A DNA stretch of 64,000 nucleotides, from assembly GCF_006345805.1 (NCBI RefSeq), contig NC_043005.1, forward strand, positions 68,758,001 to 68,822,000, in the 5' to 3' direction. The DNA is from Octopus sinensis (taxonomy: Eukaryota). The translations under genes were made by a program, and so were the position numbers. Within the stretch, counting starts at the first letter, position 1, and each line of letters starts with the position of its first letter. Below are positions 13,073-26,392 of the stretch, piece by piece. Below the pieces are notes generated by a model. It did no database searches. It had not been told where the DNA came from and saw only the letters and a program-made list of their open reading frames with translations.

Positions 13073-13074
<2 letters not shown>
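12566..13074 (+). mobile_element. Penelope-type pLTR / retrozyme-like unit with inverted 5' segment, flanked by (TA)n
   Basis: A 128-bp inverted repeat (12566-12693 vs 12901-13028, 4 mismatches), a 30-bp direct repeat (12690-12719 vs 13045-13074) and an internal hairpin with an HHR-like core. Confidence 0.7.
12815..12859 (+). ncRNA. Degenerate or variant type I hammerhead ribozyme
   Basis: CAUGCG UUGACAU GAGG CAAUUA CCUU GAAAC UAUA GUC CGUAUG. Stem I, stem II, GAAA, palindromic stem III (ACUAUAGU) and a GUC site are present. The CUGANGA box is altered. Confidence 0.6.
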
Positions 13075-13108
<34 letters not shown>

Positions 13109-13157
13109 TTTTACACTCACACATGCAGACGTGTACACACACACACATATATACACA

Positions 13158-13220
<63 letters not shown>

Positions 13221-14588
13221 ATCTGATATATGCATATATTCTGACGCGAACAGAACTTTTAGTATTTGTTGGAAGACAAAGTTCACTGTACATAGGAGTA
13301 TCATGAAAAAAGTTTCTGATCTAAATACATGCATAAGCATATGCGCATGTACGAATAAATGTATAATCATGTGTAGGCACTAAGTTGCTTGAAGGGAAAG
13401 GAAACCAATGCCTTCGTTCAGTAGCAACATGTGGAAATTAGCAAATTCTATTCCCAACAGCTTCACGTGATTCAATCCAGGATTTGATACGTGCGGACTA
13501 AACAATTAAAGACAAGATATGTCTTATAGGTGTGGACTAAAGAATTAAGAAAAGAACATTTTTACCTTGTTACTTGGCATGAAATGTGTGAATATATTGG
13601 AGTCACTATACTTTTATTTTTTATTTCCTTATTTCCATTTAGTATAGTGGTAAGGGCATGTGGCAATGCATCTTTATGTTGTGTGTCCGTAGGTATGGAT
13701 TACGCAGTTTTTTACGCCTAAAACGATAGATTTTAAATTAAGTTTTACAGTCAGTTGAAATAGGCCGAAATTATTTTCATTCGTAACGCTCTAATCAGAA
13801 TTTAGATAACAAACACCTCATAACAAATACCTCCAGATCTTCAAGCTTAATATCTGACCGCGTTATTCTTTCTAAATACAGCTGATTTTCAAATTCCTCA
13901 TGCTAACGGAAGTTACTAGACATTTTGAGATGATGACGCAAATATACCTCATAAGCTTTGCCTGCATCAAATAGTTGTTATTGTTCAGTCTATAAATAAG
14001 CAGACCAAACATTAAAGGAATTTTGATAGTCGATTTTTTTCCATACCCAATCTATAGGACCGCATCATTTAATGTGTGCATTCATTTGTGACCTATTAGT
14101 TTATAATTTGAGAAAGAATTATTTTCCATTTGTAACACCGTTTTTTTCTTCCCTCAAGGTGTCACTGGTGATAAGGAACTGCAAAAGCGTTTTAATGCGG
14201 GGTATTGACCTAACCTATGTTTATTACTTCAGACGTGGAAATGCTATTACATACATTTAACAACACTTTAACACTTTAACAACAGTCAATCCCTGCATCA
14301 GATGCCAATCCCTGCATCAACAGTCAATCCCTGCCTTTAATCCAAACATTTAGCGAATCAAAATTCTCACTTTCAAATCCAGCTATCCAATTACTCTTGC
14401 ACAAGAGAAGCTATTCTCATACTGCAGAAAGATCCCAACATGTAAGTCAGATATTTCAAATCAACCAAAAACTCTAAGGTGCATAAAGTGTTTGCATAAT
14501 GTCTGTAACAAAGAATATGTATGACCTCGAAGCACCCTGAAACGTTATAAGGAATGGCAAATATCAACTTGCTATCTCTTCATAGATA

Positions 14589-15153
14589 TTGGGTTGTCCG
14601 GAAAGTTCGTGCCGATTTTCAATGGAAATAGAAAGGTCAATAAATACTTGCTATTACATTTTTAATCAACCAATTATGAACCATTTTGTTACACAATGCG
14701 TCTCCATCTTTCCTTTAACTTGAAAATACTCTCTCCTCAGAATTGAGGTGGTTTCATGGCAAATAATTCATCAAGGTATCTTTTTACGTCATCCAAGGAA
14801 TTGAAATTTTTACCATTAAGACTATTCTGCAGAGACCTGAATAAGTGGAAATCCGAAGGAGCAACATTTGGTGTATATGGAGGTTGGGGAAACACATTCC
14901 AGCCGAGCTGCAGCAATTTTTGTCTGGTTCCCAAAGCATCAAGAGCCAAAATGAACTTTCTTATCTTCCATTTTAAAGGGTTACAGAATTCATACAGGTA
15001 ATAGGAAGAAAAATCTTCTTCCACGAAAAAATAGCTTAAACTGTGCTCTAAATGGAGGTGTAGTCAAATCATATTTTATGGACTCAAACATGCTCTGAAA
15101 TAAGTCGAAATGTAAGCTGCTATAAATCGGCACGAACTTGCCGGACAACCCAA
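14589..15153 (-). mobile_element. Internally deleted mariner element with intact TIRs and TA TSD
   Basis: TIRs ttgggttgtccggaaagttcgtgccgattt / aaatcggcacgaacttgccggacaacccaa, flanked by TA. The minus strand joins an N-terminal MEDKKVHF to TRQKLLQLGWNVFPQPPYTPNVAPSDFHLFRSLQNSLNG. Confidence 0.95.
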
Positions 15154-16272
15154 TATTTGTAATACAACTTAATGTCCTTCACACTGTGAAAATACTCACT
15201 TCAGAAGCTTAAACTTTATATCCCGGTATTTGCAGTAATAGGCAAAAATAAGTGCGTGTTTTATGGATAAAACATCCCTCTCTATATAAGATATCGAACA
15301 GAAACAACAGTATTATATTGACATGCGTTCAATTACGTTGTAATTTAAACTTTGCAAATTCTACAACCAAACTTTTTCTAGTATCAGATGTTTAAATGTA
15401 CGTTTATTCATATATTGGACCAGTCATACATTGAATAGAGATCTATCATCAGAAATATCTTTAAAAGTTGACTCAGTTCTATTTCCTTCAGAAGGCACTG
15501 TAATTTGGATGGTGGTGATTATGTGCTACGTAAAGCTATTAGCAACATATGTCAAATGATTACATCATTAAATCTAATTTGTATGCTAAGACAATTGACC
15601 AAGAGCTTACGACAGCGCTCAGAAAATCTAATGCATGCATAATAAATTACATTAAATGTGAAGCGAATCGACTTTCGCACACGCACACACAACCACACCC
15701 ATGCACACAGACACACAAAGGCGCACACACACCCACAAACACTCTATCATTCTCACATCGATTCTCATCTGTCAACAGTTTAATGGTTTTGTATTATATT
15801 CGGCGACGCGCTGAGACTGACCTGAATTTGCTTAGATTTTAATTAGGAGGACTCAGCTTCAGTTTGTAATTGACATCCAATTAAGTGGTTTGAATAATTT
15901 ACTGATTTGTTATTAACTAATTTGATATAATATAATTTTTTAAAAAAACGAGAAAGAGGAAGCGAGCATGAAAGAAATGGTAAATTTAAGATAAAACAAT
16001 TATGAATGACAGAATGACAGAGTGTTTCATAGGAAAACGTGTAAACGAATTATCATGCGGCTAAATGACGTAACTGAAGTTTGTTGGACTGCATAATGGA
16101 AAGCAATAACAGTCACTTGTCTCAACGCAAAAGAGCTTTTTAGCGTTGTGCTTCATGCAGTGTTATTTGATGTCGTTATATTTTAATAAAATATTCTTGG
16201 TACATTGTTTTATTAATGCAATTCAAGAGTAGAGAGAAACATATGCATCATCATCTTCTCATAACAAACTTG

Positions 16273-16309
<37 letters not shown>

Positions 16310-16437
16310 TATATATGTATATGCATATGTATGTGTGTATTTATGTATTTATGTAAATATGTATGTATCTATGTATCGTCTATCTTACTCTCTCTCTTTT
16401 AATATGTATATACATATACATGTGCGTGCGTGTTTGC

Positions 16438-16477
16438 ATTTGGACACTTGTCCTACGAATATCTTGGTAAGCTTATG

Positions 16478-16533
<56 letters not shown>

Positions 16534-16534
16534 T

Positions 16535-16573
<39 letters not shown>

Positions 16574-17140
16574 TATACATACATATACAGACATACATAT
16601 ATGTATATATATATATATATATTCCGTGTTCCATTCATAGATTAGTAGTTTGGAATTTAAGTTGATAGATGACGCCAGCTATATACGAAGCATAAATGTA
16701 TATGACACGAAAACACACGTTTGTAAAAGGGTAGCTTTTCATGGCATATACATAACTTTGATATATTCACATCGCTAATGACATGTAGGTTACAATTAAT
16801 ATTTCATGCGTTAATGCAATTTATTGTAATATTATATGGAATGAAATAATTTTGATTATATTTGTCGTTGCAATTATTGTATAATTTCATGTCAGACATG
16901 TGGGTGTGTTTCGACACAACAGTGAGTAGTGCGAAGTCTAAATATTCAGAAAAGCACATGAGGCAAAAATAGGAAAGACAATCGTCTCAGCAGTACTTCA
17001 GACAATGTGGCACGACTGCCGACCACGTCCGAATAGAAGACCAATTTAACAGTTGCAAATTATAGAAAAATGAGCCAGCATATATGTAGGCAGAAAACTT
17101 CATAGGCTTACCAAGATACTCGTAGGGAATTTGTCCAAAT
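16438..17140. repeat. 41-bp inverted repeats enclosing ~620 bp (possible MITE or foldback)
   Basis: 16438-16478 vs the reverse complement of 17100-17140: 35/41 identical. Confidence 0.7.
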
Positions 17141-17189
17141 ACACACACGCACACACACACACCACACACAAATATATATATATGCACCC

Positions 17190-17221
<32 letters not shown>

Positions 17222-17367
17222 CTGCGTGCGAGTATAATTTTGTAACCGGTAACAAGCTTTCGTTTATTATTTTTAGAAGTCTAACAATCGTCACCAGATG
17301 AAGGACTTTTCACGCTTTTTTTCATTATCGAAGCAGTAAATAATGACAATGTAATTGCTGGAGAGAG

Positions 17368-17417
<50 letters not shown>

Positions 17418-17502
17418 GGAGATATGGAGGTGATTATTTACTTCTGAGTATACTGAAGAAATATGAAATAATATGATTTGCCTAACAGTATGAAAGTCAG
17501 CG

Positions 17503-17570
17503 GTAGGCAGTGCAGGAATCGAACCCAGGTTCCTATGATTTTGAAACCAACAGCCATGTCATTCTGTCAC
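17503..17570 (-). mobile_element. Isolated tRNA-like SINE head
   Basis: The minus strand has a B-box GGTTCGATTCC and a weak A-box. No convincing cloverleaf. Confidence 0.45.
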
Positions 17571-18059
17571 AGGTTTACACATTATAAGCTTATAAATCTT
17601 TGACGACGACTGAGTTCACCAGCTGTAATTATAAATAAAACTTGAATATCTAAGTGCAAATAATAATGTTAACGTTTCAAATAGCAAAAGCGAGAATAGA
17701 AAATCATAAGAAATATAAATTATGAGTCATCCAATGTAGGCGTTAAAAGAATAATTGGCAATTAGGAAGAAGCACGTAAAAGCGAAAAACGAAAGTAAAA
17801 TCTAGAATGATAATTTTGTGGTTATGTACTTTTATAGGTGAATAAACCAATGAACAATTTCTAAGTATGGCAAAAGTAGCAGTAATAAAAAAAACAAGGC
17901 CAAGTATGAAAAAAAAACGAAGAAAATAATTACTTGAAATATATTTTAAAGTGACCGGCGGGAAGTACACCATAGGAAGAGATAGGATGAAATTTGCAAT
18001 GTGTGATTTGAATGTATTATAAAGATACTATAATAGAACATATTTGCACTCATCTGCAA

Positions 18060-19710
18060 CTTGTTCTACAGATTTCACAAATTGCACAAATATTAAACAA
18101 CTAATGAAGCCTGCAAATAATCAAAGTCAGTCTGCGTAAGCATACCGTTTCTCAAGGATCTAAAATTACAACCAATTTTGGTAGGCCCAGCATGTGAAAC
18201 TCACATACACTTGCGCAATTTTTTGACTCTGTACTAAAATCTCTCTGAAAATTTATACTAAGTTTCATAAGGGATGATCTTGACCTGCTACACCATCTTT
18301 TGAAAACAGTTAATAGGCATACGTTGACCATTTCATTTGATGTAGCAAATTTTCAGATTGCCATCCTACACAAGTATAGACTACAAGTAATAGCATTTCT
18401 GATAAGAAAATTCCCTGAAGAAGTTCTGAACAGAATTGATAAACAATTCATTCCAGAGTGATTAAAATTCACCCTTAAAGACAACTTCTTTATTTTCGAA
18501 AAATAAAACAAACGACAAATACCTGAGGTTACGTTAGCGTATTTTGAGGCAACAAAAGTTGCCCTTACATGAGCTAACAGAGATATAGCATATCTGGAAT
18601 TCCAAATATATGAAAAAACATATCATAGTACGGTATTAACTATCAAAATTATATTGCGACCAATTGGAAACAAAAGAAGAAGACCGCCTTATTCTGTGAT
18701 CATACAACCTAGATAAACTCAATTGTTTCAAATTCCTACTTATTAGTTTCGGTAACAATATTCAGTTCACAACGTAATTTAGCCATACTGCTTTACTTAG
18801 ATATTTTTGATTATAGATAATGACAGGAAAATAGGAACTAACACCCACTGCAAACCAGAGCATTCTAAGCTGTACCTATTATTTGCTTCCTGCCATTCAA
18901 AACATCACAAAACTAATATTGCATTTAAGCTAGCTAAAAGAATCCGGACAATTGTATCGAATCCTCAAATTCAGAATAAAAGACCCCTCGAATTAAAAGA
19001 GGTGATACTTGAAAGAAAGTACTTGTCTACTCTAGTGGGGAATAGAACAGGATGCACCAAAACTATAAGCATATGAAAAGGTAAAACCAGTTCAGTTAAA
19101 CGCAAGGCTATATTTGTAATTACCATATAGAACTCAAGTGAAATCATTCAACTGAAACTAATTCATCAGAAACTAAATTCCTTCAGCCAAGACCCCAAAA
19201 TAAAAAAGACGTTTGAATCATACGAAATTTTCAAATGCAAACGAAGACAACAAAAATCCCAAACAAAATTATTTATCTAGGCAAAAACTCCAGCGATAGA
19301 CTCAACTCCAATCTAATTGCCGAAATTGTGACAAACTCAACCTTATTGTAAACACATTTTATAAATTTAAATCGGGACAGGTTTCAGGTAGCCGTGAAAA
19401 ACAATTTTGGTTCTTCCTAAAACAAAAAATAAATCAATAGATGCCATTAAATGCAATGGCTGCAGAGAACATTGCATTGAACAAAACATTAATTTTAAGA
19501 ATGAGATTAACAATTCAACTTCAAAACGTACGAGATTTCAGATCCACGAAAATTCCGCCCAGTGAACATCGGCACACATGAGCATAAAACAAAACTCCTA
19601 AATTGTTTGCCTTCCTATTCTGCTGTTGGGCGGGCAATACCATAAATTAAGCTAGAATAAATTATGAAAGGTCGTTTATTAAAAATACCCGCTTCAGCTG
19701 AACAGGTATA
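18060..19710 (+). mobile_element. Decayed Penelope-like element (RT plus GIY-YIG)
   Basis: LKFTLKDNFFIF, AYLEFQIY, TNTHCKPEHSKLYLLFASCHSKHHKTNIAFKLAKRIRTIVSNP (PLE RT thumb) and IDAIKCNGCREHCIEQ (resembles IYxIxCxxCxxxYIGQ). Many stops. Confidence 0.85.
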
Positions 19711-20411
19711 AAACTATCCATCATATACGATTCGCATTTTGCTATGAATTTATTGTTCCCCAAATATTTTTGTCTAATGGCGCTCGTTCGTAAGAAAACT
19801 AAAATTCATATAACAGGTACTGTCTCTCTTATTTTTGCCAAATATCGTTATCATACCCCACATAGTTTTAACAAAGAAGGGATATGTTTTACCATGTTAA
19901 ACGGGAGTGAACTAGCACTAATTGAAAACAATATTCTTCAACAGAATAATAAACAAAACCTATCTATAACACATCTGTGTAAACAGTTTCTACTTTTTAG
20001 AATCAAGTTTCAATTTTTTAATAATACTGACATAAAATGAGAGAGAAAACTCAGTAAAATAAATATGGCTTATTCATATCTCTCTTTTCTAAATGTTATA
20101 TGACATACACAACAAAAAAAAAATTTACTTGATCTACTCGTGCAACTGTCACACGAACCCATGTACGTTGACCAACCAAGTTGTACCTTAGCGAATAGCG
20201 TTCTGAACTGCATTCTCTCTTTAGCAACAGACATTTTTCATAACAAACACCGGGTGAGAGGTTCGCGCCGAAGCTCCATATTCTATACAGCTTTGAAAAT
20301 CTGATGTGAAACCAGCCAAGTGCATTTCTATATTTGAAAAGTTAACTAAATTCTAATTACTTTCAATATATTCCCCGAGTAATATACTTCAACTTGCTTG
20401 TATTAATAATA

Positions 20412-20449
<38 letters not shown>

Positions 20450-20451
<2 letters not shown>

Positions 20452-20612
20452 GTGACCGTGTACTGGATTTTTCCTTCTCCTATGTTTCCGACGAAGAGCT
20501 CCGCTCGGAACTTTAAATCCTCCTTCTTTCCCTCTTTCCTGAGCGTCCAATAATACTATATTTGTTCCACATCCTCGCGTTGTTGTGTTTTTTGGTGTTT
20601 TCTTGTTTGGAT

Positions 20613-20616
<4 letters not shown>
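20450..20616 (+). mobile_element. PLE pLTR-like repeat with degenerate HHR (20485-20517), between (TA)n tracts
   Basis: Homologous to 58360-58553. TTT CCGACGA A GAGC TCC GCTC GGAAC TTT AAA. Confidence 0.65.
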
Positions 20617-20705
<89 letters not shown>

Positions 20706-21420
20706 GAGGGAAAGATAATTCTAAGAACACAAGTGTACTGGTTTTCTAGTAATGCAGCAAATATGAAGCTCAGTTAAATTATATACATGGGCGATTGTTC
20801 ATATTTTAGTTACGTAAATAAACAAAGCAACAACTGATAATGTTAAATCTAATCGCGGTACGTCTCTGAAGATTTACTGTATATATAATTATGTAAATTA
20901 CTTGAAGTAACTAATAATTATTTCTTTGTTAATGAAAGGTGCGTAAGATAATGTAACTAAAAATATATGCAATTTTACATGCCTTCATTTATTCTTTGAT
21001 ATACTCTAAATTTTGGTCCTGCAGAATGAGAAGAGTAGAATAATAAAAGCAAGAATACACATGAAAACTTATTTACTGATTATCTATCGTGAAAGTTTAG
21101 CTTTAAAATGCATCATATAGATGTGTATATATAATCATTGTGAAAGTGTATCAACTTATATTAGAATGTTGCAAAATTGAAACTGTTTTAACTTGCGATG
21201 ACAACTAATTCATAGCTAAATCCACAGCAACATGTTAGTCTCATCTCACATTTTTCATAAATCAGATTGTACGTGTAGTCTTCAATTGCATATACACATT
21301 TCATTTCCATAGCTACTACATTTGATTAATTTGTCATCAATCTTGTAAATGTATTCCCCCATCTCACATACAACTTTCCCCTCTCTCACTTTTTTCCCTC
21401 TCTCTCAATGCATATATATA

Positions 21421-21485
<65 letters not shown>

Positions 21486-21494
21486 CATATATAT

Positions 21495-21930
21495 GCAGGA
21501 GTGGCTGTGTGGTAAATAGCTTGTTTACCAAGCACATGGTTCCGGGTTCCATCCCACTGCGTGGGACCTTGGGCAATTGTCTTCTACTACAGTCTTGTGC
21601 GTGGATTTGGTAGACGGAAACTGAAAGAAGCCCGTCGTATATATGTATATATAATATATATATATATATATCTATATATATATATATCTGTGTGTGTATA
21701 TATATATATATGCGTGTGTGTGTTTGTGTGTCTTTGCTTGTCCCCCTAGCATTGCTTGACAACTGATGCTGGTATGTTTATGTCCCCGTTACTTCGCGGT
21801 TCGGCAAAACAGACCGATAGAATAAGTACTGGGCTTAAAAAAGAATAAGTCCTGGGGTCGAGTTGCTCGATTAAAGGCGGTGCTCCAGCATGGCCGCAGT
21901 CAAATGACTGAAACAAGTAAAAGAGTAAAA
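21495..21930 (+). mobile_element. tRNA-derived SINE family A (Octopus-type), near full length
   Basis: A-box TGGCTGTGTGG, B-box GGTTCCATCCC, ccttgggcaa segment, internal (TA)n(TG)n and a GTAAAAGA-repeat tail. Several copies in the window. Confidence 0.92.
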
Positions 21931-21959
21931 TCGTATATATGCATCTCTCTCTCCCTCTC

Positions 21960-21986
21960 TAAATATATATGTATATATATATATGT

Positions 21987-22033
<47 letters not shown>

Positions 22034-22039
22034 ATATAT

Positions 22040-22100
<61 letters not shown>

Positions 22101-22101
22101 C

Positions 22102-22170
<69 letters not shown>

Positions 22171-22175
22171 ACATA
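21960..22175. repeat. (TA)n microsatellite
   Basis: Directly visible. Confidence 0.97.
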
Positions 22176-22474
22176 TTGCAGTTTTCATGCGAATTAATAT
22201 ATATTGTATGTAGTCAATGACTCTTGGCAAGGGATATCCACAGCCAACCTTCTAATTTAAAGTAGGCCTGAATTCATTTTATACACAGTAATAAATGAAC
22301 AAACGTTATGCCTAGTCAATATTTTCATAACAGCAAAGGTAAGAACCTATTTCATATTTCCTAACACGTTACGATTATGATTAACTAAAATATTTCAGGA
22401 TCGTTACAGCTCATGAACTTGGCCCTGCGTTATTTTTAACGTGGAATTGGGAATATCAATTTTATTTTGTGTTA

Positions 22475-22590
22475 GTCGAATTTGCTATTCATCTTTTTGA
22501 TAAAATAAGCATTATTTGAGCAGTAGGGTCAATGTAATCGACTCACTCCTCCACACGACATTTGAGGCTTATAGTTGTGGTAGAAGTAAT
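22475..22590 (+). mobile_element. SINE family B, diverged fragment
   Basis: gtcgaatttgctattcatc...gataaaataag...gggtcaatgtaatcgact matches the family B central domain. Confidence 0.55.
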
Positions 22591-23639
22591 TTTGTATCAT
22601 TCCGGATCTTGCTTGAAATTTGTCAATTTTTAGACATGTGAGTATATGGCTGAGAGCAAACAGGAGAGATTATATCTTGCCCTTGCCTTGGCTACATTTT
22701 ATATCTTTGGGATCGTACAATTAAAAGAAATTAATTCACTTGAGGGGATTCATGTGACCGTGAACATCCCTACCAATATTTGGGCAAACTTTTTACAGAA
22801 CATCCTAGGCGAAATCCGAATCGCAAACGATCTTGAAACATATTAAACATATAACCACCTCACTCATCACCTGTCGTCTGTCTGTGAAAAAAATAAAACC
22901 TCTGATACGTTCAGTAAGTAAACAGTATTGCACTGTATTTATCATCGACTGCAATCGGAAGTTCATATATAAAATACAATTAATAAGTAATAAGAAAACA
23001 CATACAATATTAATAATCTCGTTTCTGTAATTATGACACTACACACAGACTCTGTTAATGTTGCATCAGCTGCAATTTTGAAACTATCATTCAAACATAA
23101 TCGATAGTTTCTATTTAGATTGACCTTTCTTTCAGCCATTTTGAGATTCAATGCCTCTTTTGTCTGTATCAAGCATTTATCACACGAAATCCGTCATATC
23201 AACTCATCGATCATCCCTATAACTCATTATATTGCAGCATCAACATTTGAGATATAAAGTCATCAATCACCTACGATTTCTATAGTAATCTACAGGAATT
23301 CATTGACTTAAGATTTCACTATGAGATTACTATTAATATCAAAAATTTTAATAAAAGAGTAATATTCATATCCTTACATACACATGTCCGTACACATGCA
23401 CACAAATTCACAGACAGATGTACATCCCTATGCATATATAGCTACATATACAGAAAGTGAAACAGATTTATCACATTCACATGAACACATAAAAGAAACT
23501 CTTGAAACTGTACGGATGCAAATAAAACTAAATAGTTTACAAACATTAATTGCTTCAATATCTATCCCAGTTTCTTAATCCACAAAGACACAGTAACGCA
23601 CACACTCACACACATGCACGCATATCTACGTAGTCTATA

Positions 23640-23641
23640 TC

Positions 23642-23684
<43 letters not shown>

Positions 23685-23737
23685 GTCTCTATCAATGAAA
23701 CAATCAGTCTGTCTATGTATGTATGTATGTATAAACG

Positions 23738-23802
<65 letters not shown>

Positions 23803-23995
23803 CTCTCTCTATCTCTCTATCTCTCTCTCTCTATATATATATATATATTATATATATATATATATATGGATAGATAGATAAATATATACATACATATATC
23901 TACACACACATATACATATACATACATATATAATTATATATATATATACCTATTTGTGTATCTATTTATCTATCTATCTATCTGCGTATATATCA

Positions 23996-24090
<95 letters not shown>
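23640..24090. repeat. Compound (CT)n/(TCTA)n/(TA)n microsatellite
   Basis: Directly visible. Confidence 0.95.
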
Positions 24091-24091
<1 letters not shown>

Positions 24092-24504
24092 CTTATATAT
24101 CCTTATCCATTTATACACATAAGTGATTGTGTGTATTTAGAATGTGTTTGTGTGTACGTGTGTATTCACATATATGAAGTAATGGCATTACTCTTAAATA
24201 TGTTTTATTAAATACTTGTTTCTTTTTTTATCAAATTACTTTAGTTCTGCCTGTTTGTATTTTCTTATTAGTTTTTGAAGCTGGTTTCAAAATTCATATT
24301 TTACGTACATTTTCTCACCGTCACATTCTCAATTTCAAAAGATTTAAATTCTTGAATATGAGGATAGGAACATCCGAAGACCTCGAATATGGATCTGTGA
24401 CCATTACTATCTCAAAGTAGCAGTAACATATAAAAAAAGCAGGAATTATATAACCGGAAAGCGATAAGAATGCATCACAGTTGTGAATGTAAGAAGGATA
24501 CACA

Positions 24505-24569
<65 letters not shown>

Positions 24570-25800
24570 GTATATATATATATATAAATACTCGCACACG
24601 CTCACACACATGGACAGACAGACATACAGACACAAATACCAATACACACACACACACTCACACACACACACAAACATGTTTGCCATATCGCTTGCAGACA
24701 GTAGGATTTGTGTAACAAATTGGAATAAAGTGACAATAAAAATGCATTGGTAATGAAATTTTTTTCTGGCAACTATTAGCGGCTCGAATTAAAATAATCA
24801 CAAACTGGCACCGGGAACGGAATGCTATTATGGAAAAGATGTATTTTGTTTATAGGGAGACAATATGAAAGATGTGAACACGTGTTCTTCCTTCAATAGA
24901 ACATATACATACACAACCAAAACATATATCAAAAGGAAAACGACATTTTCATCTCCACAATACCAGATGAATCGATGGGCCGGCATGAGGCAGAGACGAG
25001 GGTAGCGGTGTCAAATTCCCTCATACCACAGTTACGGTTAGAGTTAAGGTTAGGGCAGTGGCGAGATGTAGAAAATTGTTATATGATGTGTTACTTGCTT
25101 CAGAATCAACAAAATGCATAAAGCAGTAAGGTGGGTAATTGAAACTATCGAAAGTTAAATAGTCCTTTATTATGCTTTCAGTGCAGTGCAGAAAGAAATA
25201 ACTCAATAAACACATAAACAGTCTGGCCAGTGGTCTGGAGAGAATACATGCACCACATTTGCATCCATTGCTTTCTTATTTATAAATCGTTTCAGGAATT
25301 GAATAAGAATGACACCTCAGAGAATTACATCTATTTGCACTCAGTTGGACCTAGAACTTGTTGAGTGCTATTGGACAGCTGATAGGCAAAATATATGTTT
25401 GAATGTTACAGGAATGACAAAAGAAGATATAATGAGTTCCTTTAAAAGGCAAACACAAAGAATGAAGGGTATGTTAAATTATGCTAATTAGCTTGGCCAA
25501 ATGGAAAGCTAAGTGGGTAAAGTACTGGTTCATCTAGTGGAAATACCTTTATCTTAACTACAGATTCTGTACAAAAAATAATGAGGACATCGTGAATTTG
25601 AAATAATTGACATTAGCTTAATATGATGTGTGTAATATTATATGGTTGTGCATGCATATATATGAATGTATATGTTATATATCTATCTATCTATCTGTCT
25701 GTTTCTCTCTCTGTCCCTCTCTCTCTCTATATATATGTACATATATATATATATATAGGTATGTATATATGTATACATGCACATGTATATATATTTATGT

Positions 25801-25857
<57 letters not shown>

Positions 25858-25892
25858 TATATTTACATTAGTATAGACATATGTATATATAC

Positions 25893-25968
<76 letters not shown>

Positions 25969-26184
25969 ACACATGCACACATATATAGAGAGAGTGGGAT
26001 ATATAGATATCTACATTGATTGACAAATAGAGAGTTAGATAGACAGATATAGACATATATTATGAATGCACACAAATATATAAGTTCATTTACATTGCAT
26101 GTATGCTGTTGGTATCGTTAGTATGATGTTTCAGAATGATGGGACTAGGAAATTGAATTTTAATATCATTTTTGCAGTCAGTTT

Positions 26185-26392
26185 GGCGAGATGGCAGACT
26201 CGTTAGCACGCCGCACAAAATGTTTAACGGCATTCGTCCGTGTTAACGTTCTGAGTTCAAATTCCGCCCGGGGAGTCTTTGTCTATCGTCATTTTGATGT
26301 GAATAAAATAAGTTCCAGTTGAGTACTAAGGTCGATAAAATACTCTTACCCACTTCACCGAAACTGATGGCATTCTGCCACAATTTCAGACC
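26185..26392 (+). mobile_element. tRNA-derived SINE family B
   Basis: Head tggcagactcgttagc, B-box gagttcaaattcc and the central ataaaataagttccagt domain shared with other copies. Confidence 0.8.

Noticed and set aside
17245-17298. Minus-strand GUGACGA...GAAAG CUU hammerhead-like motif
   Set aside because: The core C is missing and stem I would require assuming a deletion.
17503-17570. Possible tRNA gene
   Set aside because: B-box only, with no credible cloverleaf. Treated as a SINE head.
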